Below are positions 50,561 to 63,932 of a stretch of 64,000 nt of DNA, one piece after another. The stretch's first letter is position 1. Every line of letters starts with the position of its first letter. Under the pieces are notes generated by a model. It was not told the origin of the DNA and made no database searches. It saw only the letters and a list, made by a program, of their open reading frames with translations. The position numbers and the translations under genes were made by a program. Source of the stretch: Octopus vulgaris (taxonomy: Eukaryota); assembly GCA_951406725.2 (NCBI GenBank), contig OX597823.1, positions 42,346,001-42,410,000 on the forward strand, read 5' to 3'.

Positions 50561-51000
50561 TGTCATCATCCTCATATGTTTTTTCTTTATGGAAATTCTA
50601 TTTTTTTTCACTTGTTTTAAAAAAATTAATTTTATAATTATATAAATAATTCCATACAAACTGCTTCTATTATATTTTTTATTTCCTATTTGATTTCAGC
50701 CATGTGTGTATGTGTGATTAATTCAAGTGTGTTGGTTGAATTGAAGTAATGAGCTAAAAAAAAAAAGTTAATGAGTTGTAATTCTGTGGAGGAGACTGAT
50801 ATTATGAGATTGTATGACAGATTGTGTTATGTGTTGAAATGTGTATTTGCATCTGGTTGGGGTCAGGGGACGAGGGGAAGATTGACAGAATGAAATGTAA
50901 GGGAGAATACTTGCAGAAATAGCATTGGCTACTCTTCCTTCTTTCTTTTCCTCTCTATCCACTTCTCTTTGGTACCAGTAATTACACATGTTTCATGTTG

Positions 51001-51036
<36 letters not shown>

Positions 51037-51057
51037 GTATGTATATATGTATGTATG

Positions 51058-51129
<72 letters not shown>

Positions 51130-51132
51130 ATG

Positions 51133-51175
<43 letters not shown>
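46860..51175. repeat. Extended low-complexity AT/AC/GT microsatellite region, including (TTA)n at ~50408-50559
   Basis: Dense dinucleotide and trinucleotide tracts. All ORFs here are low-complexity. Confidence 0.85.
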
Positions 51176-51179
<4 letters not shown>

Positions 51180-51782
51180 CTTTTTATTCTGTAAACATTG
51201 ATTTTCAGAATGCAAACATAATAATTCATCAAAGACAGAAGGCATTTGTGATTTAATGGTTTGGTATTTTAACACTACAATTTTTAACTGTAGCATCTTA
51301 CAATGTCATACAGAGGGAGAACAAAGAGGAGGAGGAGAAAAAGAAGAAAAAGATTGAGGAGTGCAATGGATGCTCAAATATTTTATATATCAGATCTTCA
51401 GCTAAACAGCTGTATCTCACTTCACTTACCATACATGACATATTGTATCCAAGCAGGGCCCTGCACTTTGGTCATTTCATTCTACTCCAACATGAGTATA
51501 AAAAAAAGAAAAATAACATGGCTAAATATATACACTAAGTTGGCTCTTAAGGTTTATGGAATTGGGTGTGTGTATTAGCCATGGGTTTTCTGTATACAAC
51601 TGTGTAACTCATCACTAATTTCTACACTACATACTTAGGCAAAAGATTTGCCATCATTTATTCCTTAAGAACTGAGAATAGCCCACTACCACACCACCAC
51701 TGAACTGTTATAGTAATTAATCCTTTTCATAGCATCTTAATTGTGGCACATTGATGTCTTTAATAGAGGCTACAATTTATTT

Positions 51783-51824
<42 letters not shown>

Positions 51825-52461
51825 AAAGTTATTAGAAAGCATTTTTGATTGAGCTCTCTGTTGTTTAAAATTAGTTATGACTTCACACCCATTATCTCAT
51901 CATCACCATCATTTAGTGTCAGTCTCTCATGCAAGATCTGTTAAGTCAGAGAATTACTAATGCTACAACACCTGCTTTGGGAGAGTTACTTTGGCTTGAT
52001 GCCTTCCTTGTGCCAATCATTTTACAGATCAGAGTGTGTTAGGTGGGTTTTTCCATGACACCGGCATTAGGTCACCTTGCAGCTAGGAAGACTAAGGGAA
52101 TTAAAGTGGTTTTTACTAGAACTGAGGGAGAATAGCAGGAAGAGAGAAAGCATAATGATCTTGATGGGGGCAGATGAGCGACAATAAAAGTAAGATGAGA
52201 AGAACAACTTCATATTTGTGAGAGCATAGTAGTGGAATGAGTAACAACGTAAATGGTATTGGAAGGGAGAACAGCATGGAACCAGGGGAAGGGATTAATG
52301 TCAGAGATTATTGAAGAGAGGGACATAAGAGTGATAAGATGCATTGTGTAGGGGTGTTCAAGGCTATTCTACATTGTAAGATAAATTATAGACAGCATGT
52401 GTGGATGAAAAGGGACAAAGGAGAGGACGAACAGACAAGGATGATAAAGAATCCTATTTCT

Positions 52462-52689
52462 TTAACCCTTTAACATTTAAAACAGCCATATCCAACCAAA
52501 ATATTCTACTCATTTTGTGTTCAAACTGGCCATATTTAACCTCTCACACCTGCCCTACACTATCACTCTAAAAATAAACAATTACGTCATCTAAATATCA
52601 AAGTTATAAAATAAGGCATGATTAATTCAAAACAACGTGAATAAATAAGCATTTCATTTGACTGAGTCATCTGAATGCTAAAGAGTTAA
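52462..52689. mobile_element. TTAA-flanked piggyBac-type MITE
   Basis: TTAACCCTTTAACATT ... AATGCTAAAGAGTTAA terminal inverted repeats. Confidence 0.75.
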
Positions 52690-52699
52690 CAGAAAGTGA

Positions 52700-52724
52700 G
52701 GGATAGGGTTGTAGGGATAGGCCG

Positions 52725-52776
<52 letters not shown>

Positions 52777-53360
52777 AGGGAATGTTGAGGGGCAGAGAAA
52801 CTGTGGAAAAAGGAGAGTGAGATGGAGCAGGGGTGAGCGCAGTGAGAGTAATGAGAAAAAGAGAAGTTAGAGGGTACTGTCAAAATAGGGGGGAAAGGGG
52901 AAGAACAGTGGTTGAATGCAGAGAAAACATCCTAAATAGGGGAGAGGCTGGAGAGAGAGAGAGAGAGTGAATGATAGGAGAAAGGGTAGAAAGGCAGTGG
53001 ATGAATGTAGTCTGAGAAGGTAAGGTCTGAGGCCACCTTAGGTGTGTAAGGACTGGTAGTGAGATAAAAGTAGATTTTGGGTGCCAACAGAGGTGACTAG
53101 AAGTATGTGTACTGGTTGGTAGAGGGTGATGCTAAAGTGTTTAGAGCAGAGGCATGGGTAGTCTAGTGCAGCCTCTTACAGCTGAGCCAATAGAAGGATG
53201 GAGTGTTTGAGTGAAGTGGATGATGAATCTGTGGTCTGCCCAGATAGTGACGGATGAAAAGAAGAACATCATATAAGGGTAAGTAAAGATACAGAGAGGA
53301 GGAAGTGTTAGGATGCAAGGACAGGAAAGGTACACAGGTGGGTTTGGCAGGGAAAATAAA
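52700..53360 (-). mobile_element. Possible decayed Penelope-like RT/thumb region
   Basis: Minus-strand KPTCVPFLSLHPNTSSSL...HASAL resembles the PLE KPT....L...S.HP motif. A CT-rich tract follows on that strand. Confidence 0.35.
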
Positions 53361-54317
53361 TATATCTATATAACTATACATACTATGGCTTCTAAAACTA
53401 CCTCATATCAAGGTATGTTTTGCAATGGGTGGATGGTTCTTCTGTAGTACCACATATCACCAGTGAGCACAGTCCTTTGTCAGCTCTTCCAGAAGATGTA
53501 ACTTCCTCAAATCAGCCTTCACCATTTCCATCTCTTCCTTGGTCTCACCAGGCCTGTCTTTAATTGTGGCTACATTGCTGAGTGCAGCCCTAAAGTTTTA
53601 GAACAGACAGGAAGAAAGGGTGGATTTTCAGTAATAAGACTTTTTGATTCTTGGCTTGTTTCTCTTTGACAATTTCTGTAGCTCTAAAGAGTGGTTGTTT
53701 GGGATGTCCAAATATGCACTCCCAAAACATTCTTTTTCCCAAAACCCAAGACTTTTTCAGGTAACTAACTCACACACATAAGGTATGCATTTTCTACAAA
53801 ATAATAATAATAATAATTCATGATGTATCTGAAAAGAGGACAAAAATGTTAAATAAATCATTTTAATCCAAATCCTAACTACCTCCTTTATATATATAAA
53901 ATATGTACACCACTTCAAAACAATCTATACATATGTGAGTAGAGAGAGAGAGAGAGAGAGATGTGTACTTATGTATGTGCTTGAAATAAGAAGAATGTGC
54001 TTGTACATAAATATGCATGTGTATGTAAATCTATATATGTTTACATATACTTATAAAGCTTTATATGCAACAAACATATGAAAACATTCAAATACTAAAT
54101 TGGAGGATCAATCATTACATGTTAGTAGGAAACATGTTTGTTGACTTTTGCAAGGAAAGGTTGGCAGTGACTATGAATTTTCTGACAACTTGTTGTCTAA
54201 TGATGATATGTAAGCCAACACTTGTAGAAATTATTAAATACATAAGTATATATACATGTATTATATGTGCATGTGTTCATATATGTATGTGTGTGCATGT
54301 GTGTGTGTGTGTGTGTG

Positions 54318-54538
54318 TGTGAATTAAGGCTACCGTTGGTTTCATGTCAACAAAATTAAGAAAATATCTTAATATCTTAACAATTTTTCAAGCTGATCTT
54401 GAAAAGATATCTTGTTAAGACATTAAGATATTTTTTTAATTTTTTATTAACATGAAACCAACGGTAGCCTTAATTCACAAATAAAGAAACGGTATCCACC
54501 AATGTGGTGTTGAGCACTCGTTTTCATCATTTGAGATT

Positions 54539-54540
<2 letters not shown>
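54318..54540. mobile_element. Palindromic insertion with one-sided tail carrying the 3' half of a hammerhead motif
   Basis: 54318-54479 is a near-perfect hairpin with the outer 30 bp perfectly complementary. Each arm has GAAA-CC-aac-GG-TA-GCC. A unique ~60-bp tail follows. Microsatellites flank it. Confidence 0.6.
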
Positions 54541-54582
<42 letters not shown>

Positions 54583-55503
54583 CAGATGCTTCTCCATAGT
54601 TACAACCATTGGGCTGAAACATAAAAGAAATATATGTGTGTGTGTATGAGAGAGAGAGAAAGATGTATTTATATAGATATTTTAAAACTCCTGTTGACTG
54701 GAGCTTTAATTTTCACCTGACATCTCATTCACAATCAACAGAATATAAGGTGAAATTTCACATCCCAGTTTTACACACTCATACAGACACACACAGATAC
54801 ATACATACATACATACATACACACATACACATACAACTGTATAAGATTCATTTCTTAAACTATTCAATACAGCAATTATGTATTAAGATATGGCTGATTG
54901 GCCAATAATGAAAGAACACATAAGTTAGAATTCCATTTGAAAACAAAGAATAAGGAAAAGAAGGAAAGATTTTCAGTAGAACTTCTGTTTAGAATTTCTG
55001 ATTTTGGTTGGTTGAATATCTGATAATAACAGCCACTGTGTGCAGTAGAGGTGGTGGTGGTGGTGGTGGTGGTGGTGAAAGTGATAACGAGGGTGGTGAT
55101 TAGTTGAATGATGAAGTATAGGAAGATGATGATGAATGATAAACTATGGTGGTGGTGGTGGAGTTGGTTGTGGTGATGTTGATGAAGAATTTGTTGCTAA
55201 AGTTTGTAATACTGCTGTTTGTGGTGATGAACAGGAAGTTGATGATGCCGCTAATGTGTAGGTTTAAGATAATGAAAAAGCTGTATACAGAGTTGGAAGC
55301 AGAAGAGGGTGGTAAGTAATTATAAGAAGAGTAACACAAAGTAGACAATAACAACAACAAACAATAACGAATTTCTAAACAGTAGGTGGACCACAATTAC
55401 AACAGTTGTAGTTATAATAATGATAAGGATTTCTTATATTGGCCACAAGGCCCCCAAGACATTGAAGACTTCATCAAAAGACTAAATACAACACAAAAAG
55501 ATG

Positions 55504-55554
<51 letters not shown>

Positions 55555-56900
55555 GTTTCTGTTTAGAGGAAAAATTAGTCAATTCCATCGTACCCAGTAC
55601 TTGACTGATACTTTATCAATCTCAAAAGGATGAATGGCAAAGTTGACCTCAGCAAGATTTGAACTCTGAAATAATGATAACATTAAAATAAAATATCAAA
55701 GCTAATTTACAAAGATTGCACAATTTTTTCTTTTTTTAAAGGAATGTCACTTATGTGTTTCAGTGTGCAGGGGCCCCTCAGGTCAAAAGGTGAGATGTCT
55801 GAATTTAGCTGAATTTAATCAACCAGCCTGACCACTGAATAAAGTACCTGCCTGCCACATGAAAACTCATAATGAAAAGTGACAGATTTGAAAGGACCCC
55901 TTCGGGAATGCTGACCTTACCTTCATGATACAAGTCTTCTGCCTGATATGATTATGCCTAAGCTATGTTTATCAGACCTGAGATAATTTAATCCTGATAT
56001 CATCATAGATTAGATACGTGGTGGTAGTGATGGTGGACAGATAAAATCATTAGAGCATTGCAAAACAAATAATAAAAACTCACTGTGGTATTTCTGCTGA
56101 CTCTTTACATTCTGAGTTCAAATTCTGTTCAAGTCAACTTTGCCTCCCATCTTTCCTCGTCAAGTACTAGGGTCAATACTGACAAATCCTTTCTCCACAA
56201 AAATTACTGGCCTTGCAGAATAAATGAACTTAACACAACCCAAAATAGCATTTCTGTAGAACTATGATTAATAAGGACACAATTTTATTATCTTTTTCCA
56301 TTTTTATTAACTCATGTATAAAGATTAAATCCCAATCTTGTATTTAATATAAATGAACCAGTTTTGAAAAACAAGAAAATTTAGCTGAAATTTCAGCACT
56401 TTTAAATGTGCCTACCTGCCTTCATTCATTTCCTCCTCTTTGTTTCTCCTTATCTTCTCCTCCAACCACTACCTAACATCGAGACATCAGGCCAGCATTT
56501 CATTTTTTTTTTGTTTTTTAATATATATTTGCCATCAAAAGGCATACACATATCCAAACAGTTAAAAGGGACAAGCCCCATCCCTTTTGTTATTTTTCAT
56601 CTTTTTTTTAATCATTAATTTATACACAAATTACTCTGACTTATAGCAATTAGGATTGTCTGTGTTTGTAAACATAGAGAAAATATCAGAGAATCTTACT
56701 ATTTGGCCTTCATGAAAATAACCATTTGAGTTGAGAAATAACCTACTACAAATGTGATCACTGCATATCATTGTTATATGTTTCTTCCATGGATGTCACA
56801 TGTGGAAAGGCAAAATAACTACAGCAAAATTTGATATGGCATTGGAATTTCTTTGTTTACAGCATTGTTATTGCTGTTGTTTTTGTTTTTGTTGTTGTTA

Positions 56901-56967
<67 letters not shown>

Positions 56968-57819
56968 CATTATTATTATTATTATTATTAGATGATGATA
57001 ATATCTAATAGTAAATCTTTCTAATTTTGGTGCAAGGCTAGTAATTTTGAGGGAAAGTGACAAGTCAATTACATCAAACCCTCTACTTGACATTTTATTA
57101 TATCAACCCTGAAAGGATGAAAGGTAAAGTCAACAGAATTTGAACTCAGAACATAAAAAAAAGAAGAAATGCCACTAACCATTTTGACTGATGACCTGAT
57201 GATTCTATGAGCTCACAATCTTAATTATATTGATAAAAATAGTGATGATAATAATGATAATGCAAAAAAAAAGCATCAGAACTCCAGACTAGTTTTCCTT
57301 ATACTATTTAATCTTGTCTTTGCCTTTTGAATTCATATCATACTGTACATCAATTTTGTCTATCTCTGAGGTTAATATAATACAAAGATTTAAACTGGGA
57401 TTAGTTTAATTGACTGTACACCTTCACAACAGCATTAGGCTTTGTTCAATAGTAAAAAAAAATCGTTTTAATCAAAAAAGGAAAAAAATCATGAAGTAAG
57501 CCAGACAAAACCTTTTGTACTGTTTAGTTCTATTTCTTTAATTTTCAGAGTCCAAAATCTCATCTAACGTTAATAATTGATGCAATTAATACTTAGGGTC
57601 ATTTTCTTCAGTTCTACTTGCCCTCACCATGAACCAGTATAAAAAAAAGATATTATCATGCTACTGCTAGTAGTGTTAATAGCTTAGCATTTGGCAGTAA
57701 GCAGTCACAATAGACTGGCTTCAATCCTCAGCTGAAACCAACTTAATAGTCAATCAATTTAAAATAACATGAAGATGGGATTTCCATAGTTCTCTTCCTT
57801 CCTAAGCTTGATTTTTTTA

Positions 57820-58473
57820 AAACCCTACTGAGATGAACTTTGCCATTTGTCCTTCTGGGATTGATAAAATAAAGCCCAGTCAGGAACCAGCCAAGACTGA
57901 TCGCTACCCTTCAAAATTATTGGTTGTTAGCCTCATGCCTAAATCAGGAACTTTTATCATTGTTAATGTTGCTAAGGTAATGAACTGGCAGAATCATTAG
58001 AGTGTCAGAACAAATGCCAAGCAGTTTTAATTTTCCAATTCTTGACAGTGAGTTTACATCTTGCCGTTGTTAATTTTGCCTTTCATTCCCACCCCTCTCT
58101 TGATAAAAAGCACCAGTCATATATTGGGGTCAAAATAATTGACTAGCATCCTCTTCTCAACATTTCTGACCTTGTGCCTAAATCAAAAACAATTATTATT
58201 ATTATTATTATTATTATTATTTTGATTATTATTGTTGTTGTTGTTGTTATTACTATCCAGAGTGGGGGATTAGCAGAGTCAGAAGGGCATTATAAAAGAA
58301 AGCTTTATGAAATTTGTTCAAGCTCTTTATATTCTGAGTTCAATTCCTGTAAAGGTCAACTTTATTTTTTGTTCCTTCAGAGTCAAATCAAAATACCAGT
58401 AAAATACTGGTATCAGTTTAGTCAACTAACCTCCTACACTCAAATTTTTAAGCTTGTGCTTATGTTAGAATCA

Positions 58474-58546
<73 letters not shown>

Positions 58547-58710
58547 CATCATCATTACTACTACATCTGAGGGTGGAGCGTTAGCAGAATAAGTAAGGCG
58601 ATGATTAAAAAGTGCCATAATTGACTCCTCTGGAGGCAATGAAATAAAGCACCAGTGATATACTGAGGTCAGTTTATTTAACTGTCTGGCCTCAAGCCTG
58701 TGTTAGAAAC
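57820..58710 (+). mobile_element. Head-to-tail array of about four decayed family B SINEs separated by (TTA)n tracts
   Basis: Repeated GCAGA(A/G)T...GAGTT...TTTGCC...ATAAAA..ACCAGT...TTAGAA units start near 57820, 57975, 58258 and 58567. Confidence 0.7.
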
Positions 58711-58757
58711 ATTATTATTATTATTATTATTGTTATTATTCTTCTTATTATTATTAT

Positions 58758-58814
<57 letters not shown>

Positions 58815-59269
58815 CACTACCACCACCACTATCTTGGCTTTCATTCTTTCAGATTTTGATTAATCTGAATAAGCCAAAAACTGAATGAAATTAAGCATCT
58901 CTGCTCTATTCTCCTACAAAGAAACGATCTTGGGACTAAGAAATTATCATTTGTGTAGTAGTTAGATGTGTAGAGCAAACCTGAGAAATGAATGTTTGTT
59001 GAATGCAGCCAAGAGTAAAAGACTGTCTGTTGTTTAATCTATGAAACAGATGTAAGAGCAGCAGCTGTGGTGGTGGTGGCTATTATTGATAATAGAAGGA
59101 AGAATGCATGTTGTGTGGAAAATTGATATATGATGTTAACAGAAGATAGCTAATGATATTACATGCTGAAGATCAGACCTTTAAGAAAGCAGAAACCACA
59201 CAGATGAGATGACATGTGACTGAACATGTGCAAATTTCTTTAATGAGTATTCAACATAGGAAAAAAAAA

Positions 59270-59301
<32 letters not shown>

Positions 59302-59670
59302 AAACATAAAAATTACAAAAATTATGGTGATGGTGGTGGTGGTGGTGGTGGTGGTGGTGGTGGTGATAGTGGATGTAGTGATGGAGGTGGGGGTCCCTGT
59401 ATTTCCTGTCTTGCACCCAGCTGGCAGTTAAAATTCTCCAATCAAAGGTGATAGATGACAAATGCCAAGAAATACAAAAAAAAAAAATAAATAAATAAAT
59501 AAATATATAAATAAATAAATGTAAAGGGAAGAGACTAGAGAAGATTTGAAAGACATCATGAGGTCTTAATAAAAATAATACTAAAAAATAATATTGGTAA
59601 AGAAATTTGACCAAGTAACAAGGAATAAGAGATTGGATAGTGAGGAAGTGAGAGGAGAGAATGGAAGAAT

Positions 59671-59708
<38 letters not shown>

Positions 59709-60895
59709 AAAAAGAAGGAAAGAGAGCAAGATTTGATCAACATAACCAAATATTTCACAGCCAATACTTGGCTATCAAAAAATTGAAAAAAAGCAACAAT
59801 AAAGGCACAGGGCTCTCTTTTCCTTTAAGGAATACCAATATCATATCACCCATGCTCCTAAGTGCAGGAATGGTTTCTAATTTCATTTCAGAACAGATCT
59901 ACAATTCGATTCTTCAGTAGAATTTTTTAAAGAGTTCATTTGATATTTTTTTTTATTTGCCAACATCTCGGGTTTCCTCAAAAGGTGATCAAAATAATTT
60001 TACCTGTCTTTCCCTTCTAAAGGATTTTACTCCTAGTTACCTTATCAACCGGATATAACATCAATCATTTCAAACACAGGGTATGTGTAAGTATCAAAAC
60101 TCTCTCCCTCTCCCTCTCCCACCCTCTCTTTCTCTCTTCTATTTTTCCTCTATTCCCACCTCCCTTTCTCTCTCTCTCATCCACTTTCTATCACTTTCCT
60201 TGTGAAATATGCACAGACTGTTTAAAATTATTATTTTGGTTTTTTTTTCTGTTTTTTTTTTCTTTTACTATAACCCATTGCTAATCAGGTATCATTGTGA
60301 CCTGGCTATGGGTAACTTTCAGCCAACCCCCCACCAACCTCAAGGTCAGAATCTTCTGATGAGTTTTTATAAAAAAAAATAAAAGATTTATAAAGTAAAA
60401 TGAAAAAAAAATAGTGACTTTTTAACAAAGTGTTTTTGTTTCTTTTTCCTTGAATTGGACTTTGAACTATTTTTATCTTTCTTTTCAAGCTTACAGTTGT
60501 TACTATGGAAACACAACTGCTGTCATGGCAGTTGCAGAAGGCTCAAGATCATAAGCTCAATGGTTCAAATTTCATTGTTATTTGCTGCACTAATCAACAA
60601 GACCATACAAATGCATGGAAATATTGAAAGGTTTCATCTTATAATATAGAAGAGAAGTAGATCTCCATCTGTCTGTTTGTCATAGCATCTATAAGAGGGA
60701 GAGAAAGCAGGGGAGGAATTAAAATATATGTCACGTAGTTTTAGAAGGGAAGTAGAAAAAGTTGCTGTTAGAGAGAGAGTGTGTGTGTGTGCATGAAAGA
60801 TGGATAGGGAGGTAGTGTTGTCACCATAGTAAATAACAATTATTTTAAGTGCAAGTCTGTCAACACAACACACTTCAAAAAAAGGAATATATATA

Positions 60896-62056
60896 TGAAG
60901 TGGTATTAAAAGGTTCCTGGACTAGTTATGCTTAATAAAAAAAATTTACCTAAGTTTTAACATCACCTCTTGAAATTGTATATACCAGTGCAGTATTCCT
61001 GCCATTTTTGGAATTTGCTTTGGAAGTCGTTTTTCATATGCAAGTGGAAGACCTGTTATTCACTGTTTCCTGACAACAGTGTTAAAATGGTGACCTTTGA
61101 GTTGTATTTTCATATTGGGGAAGAGATGAAAGTCTGGCAATGCTAAATCTGGTAAAAAGGGTGGGAGTGGAAGCAATACCATGTTGCTTTTGGCGAGAAA
61201 TTCTGAAGTGAGGTGTGCTCAGTGAAGAATCCAATTCTTCACACTCCACAGATCCAGTTGCTTTCACCAAACGTCGTCTCTCAGACAATTCCAAACATCA
61301 CAGTAGAACTCTCAATTGATGGTTTCACTCTATGGGATGAATTCTTGATGCACAATACCAAATTTCCAGGGGTGACACTCGTGGTTTGTTTGTTCCTTCT
61401 CGAGCCCCGCTTGGCTCATAAGGCTGGTTTCCTTGGCATATAGGTTCTCCACCTGAACAGGACGCCGGTCCATTGCAGGTGGAAAGAGTGAGAGAAAGTT
61501 GTGGTGAAAGAGTCAGCAGAAACTTGCCATTACCTTCTGCCAGAGCCACGTGTAGCTTAGGTGTTTCGCTCATAAACACACACATCACCCAGTCTGAGAT
61601 TCGAACCCATGATCCCTCAACTGCGAGTCCGCTGCTCTAACTACTAGGCCATGTGCCTCCACAAGCGTCGTGATAGGTCTTCCAAATCACTCATCATCTT
61701 CTTGGGATTTTCTTCCACTTTTGAAGCACCAAAACCACTTGACACATTATGTACAACACATTGCCTCATTGCTGCAAGCTTGTTAATGCAAGCTCAATGT
61801 CTCTGTAGCAAACTTCCTAAGTTTAATACAAAATTTCACATTGACTCTTTGTTCCTGTCCATGACAAAATCGCAGACTTCAGCATACACATGATCGCAAT
61901 AACATAAATTTCACAATTTGTAAAGTAAACACAGCAATGTCATTCAGCACACTGCCTCATGAAGGTCACTGCTAGTGCTCAGTGTACATACTACCATGTG
62001 CTGCCATCTGTTGGTGCACTACAGAACTAGTCTGGGAACTTTTTGATACTGTCTCA
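60896..62056 (-). mobile_element. Second copy of the same mariner family with a different internal deletion and a nested SINE
   Basis: Same TIR type with TA flanks (60894-60895, 62057-62058). The minus strand gives an HTH relic EQRVNVKFCIKLRKFATETL...KWFWCFKSGRKSQEDDE*FGRPIT joined to GIVH and the C-terminal region. Confidence 0.88.
61384..61662 (-). mobile_element. tRNA-derived SINE family C nested in the mariner
   Basis: Minus-strand head GTGGAGGCACATGGCCTAGTAGTTAGAGCAGCGGACTCGCAG...GGGTTCGAATC (A- and B-boxes). A possible short TSD TCGTG is at 61379-61383 and 61668-61672. Related heads end at ~3083 and ~9055. Confidence 0.85.
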
Positions 62057-62226
62057 TATATAGTTATTTTTTGCTGTGTGTGTGTGTGTGTGTTTCTGTG
62101 TCTTTCAACATATAGACAACAGAACAAAGACTTAAAAAGAGACTATATGTACATATATAAATTTTATATATATACATATATATGTACATATATAAATTTT
62201 ATATATATAGTTAGTTTTTTTGTTGT

Positions 62227-62282
<56 letters not shown>

Positions 62283-62976
62283 TGTATATGTATGTCTGTG
62301 TCTTTCAAGATATAGACAATGTAACACAGACTTTAAAAAACTTTCACTTTGAACAGAAGTAGAGGAAAAAAGTTGTTGTTGAGAGAGATAGATATACAGT
62401 AAGAGAAAGAGAGCACGAGAGAGAAAGCGTGTACATGTGTGTGTGAAACATAGATTGGTAGTGTTGTCACCATAGCAACTAACAAGTTTTGGTTAAAAAA
62501 ACATGGAAATTTTAAGTGCAAGTCTGTCAACACAACACAGACTTCAAAAAAAGGCTATATGTATATAAAACATATAGCTATTTTTTAAAATTTGTATGTG
62601 TTTCTTTCTGTGTCTTTCAATATACAGATAGTACAACACAGACTTAGTAAAACACTTTCACTTAGAAAAATTGATAAAGGTACATGTATGGTTAACAAAT
62701 ATTTTTACTGGCAACATAGCGATGGGCAAGAACCTAGTATATGTAATATATAGCAATTTCATAAAATTAATTGAGATTATCCACGTCATTAGAAGACAGA
62801 AGCTCCGCATGAGAAATGACAAATAATATCAATAAATAGCAATTAAAAAATGCTGTATGGGAGAGGATCTGGCCTTGGAACCAATTGAGGAAATCAATGA
62901 ACATGTTTTAAGAATATTACATCTCATCGAAGCATTCCCTTAGCAAAGCTCAGAATTACACACACACACACACACA

Positions 62977-63846
62977 CATGGGTAAATTGTCGCCATTTTT
63001 TTATTTCTGATTTTGCACATCTGCATTGTTTGTTTTTGAGTTTGTCAACCAGACAGTATAGTAGGGTCAGTTGGGCACTGTCTGTGAGAAAAATAGCACA
63101 ATGCCACAATTCACTCTACCAGAAATTTGGAAACAACATACTGTACTGCTTGGCATTCATGGCGGAAGCTCCAATACGAACATTCCAGTGTGTTTGGGTG
63201 TCAATCTGGTGACAATGAAATCTGAGGACACGTACTGAATGTGATAAAAATCAAATATCCAGTCAACATCATGGTGATTGGAGTGATCCCTAGTAATGAT
63301 GACTTTATGCCTCCATTCCTCTTCCCACAAGGCCTCAGATTCAACACAGAGTGTCTGAAGGAGGTGCTGCTGTCGTGGGTGAAGATGGTGGCTGCTGGAA
63401 GACCCTAGGTCTGGTAACAGGCCTCTACACCTTGGCACACAAGCAGAAGAACCCAGTCATGGCTGTCGGACAATTTCTGTGATCACATCAACCCCTAACA
63501 TCTGGCCACCTAACTCCCCAGACTGCAACCCCTTAATAATTATGTGTGGGGTGCAGTTGAGCAAGAGACCAACAAAACTCATCATAATACCAAAGATGAA
63601 GTGAAGGCAAGGATTATGGCACCATTCACCAACTTAAACAAGGAGATTGCCCAGAAGAGTTGCATGAGATTCCGAAGTCGTCTGGAGGCCATAGTCGAAG
63701 CCAATGGCAATTTTATTGAATAAATTTACTCTTTAATATTTCAAGAAATTTTTACATAATTTTAGTAAATATAACTGTTAAAATGAGTTGTCAGTGTTAT
63801 TTTCATTTTTGCATAATTTAGATGACAGTTAATTCACCGGACCCTG
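62977..63846 (+). mobile_element. Decayed maT/DD37D-like Tc1-mariner transposon
   Basis: ATG at 63101 (MPQFTLPEIWKQHTVLLGIH...). Relics PVNIMVIGVI, TSRRTQSWLSDNF, NIWPPNSPDCNPL, YVWGAVEQETNK and RFRSRLEAIVEANGNFIE*. The 3' end is ...CACCGGACCCTG and the 5' TIR is degenerate. Confidence 0.85.
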
Positions 63847-63897
63847 TGGCGATTTTTTTTCTCTGTCTTCCCTTCTCTGGATCTTTCCTTCTCCTAT

Positions 63898-63932
63898 GTT
63901 TCCGACGAAGAGCTCCGCTCGAAACGTTAAAC
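63898..63932 (+). ncRNA. Minimal hammerhead ribozyme motif in a CpG-rich repeat running off the window end (~63848-64000)
   Basis: GTTT-CCGACGA-A-GAGC-tcc-GCTC-GAAA-CG-TT-AAAC. Stem I is GTTT/AAAC, stem II is 4 bp and stem III is the palindrome ACGT. Core U4 is C. Confidence 0.7.

Larger units (their letters stand above)
60637..62737 (+). mobile_element. Helitron-like element with internal tandem repeats, hosting the nested mariner and SINE
   Basis: A|TCTTATAATATAGAAG...CTGTCTGTTTGTC 5' end and ...GGGCAAGAACCTAG|T 3' end. The terminal hairpin is decayed. Confidence 0.55.

Noticed and set aside
46857-51296. Many overlapping Y/I/C/V/H/T-rich ORFs
   Set aside because: They are dinucleotide microsatellite translations.
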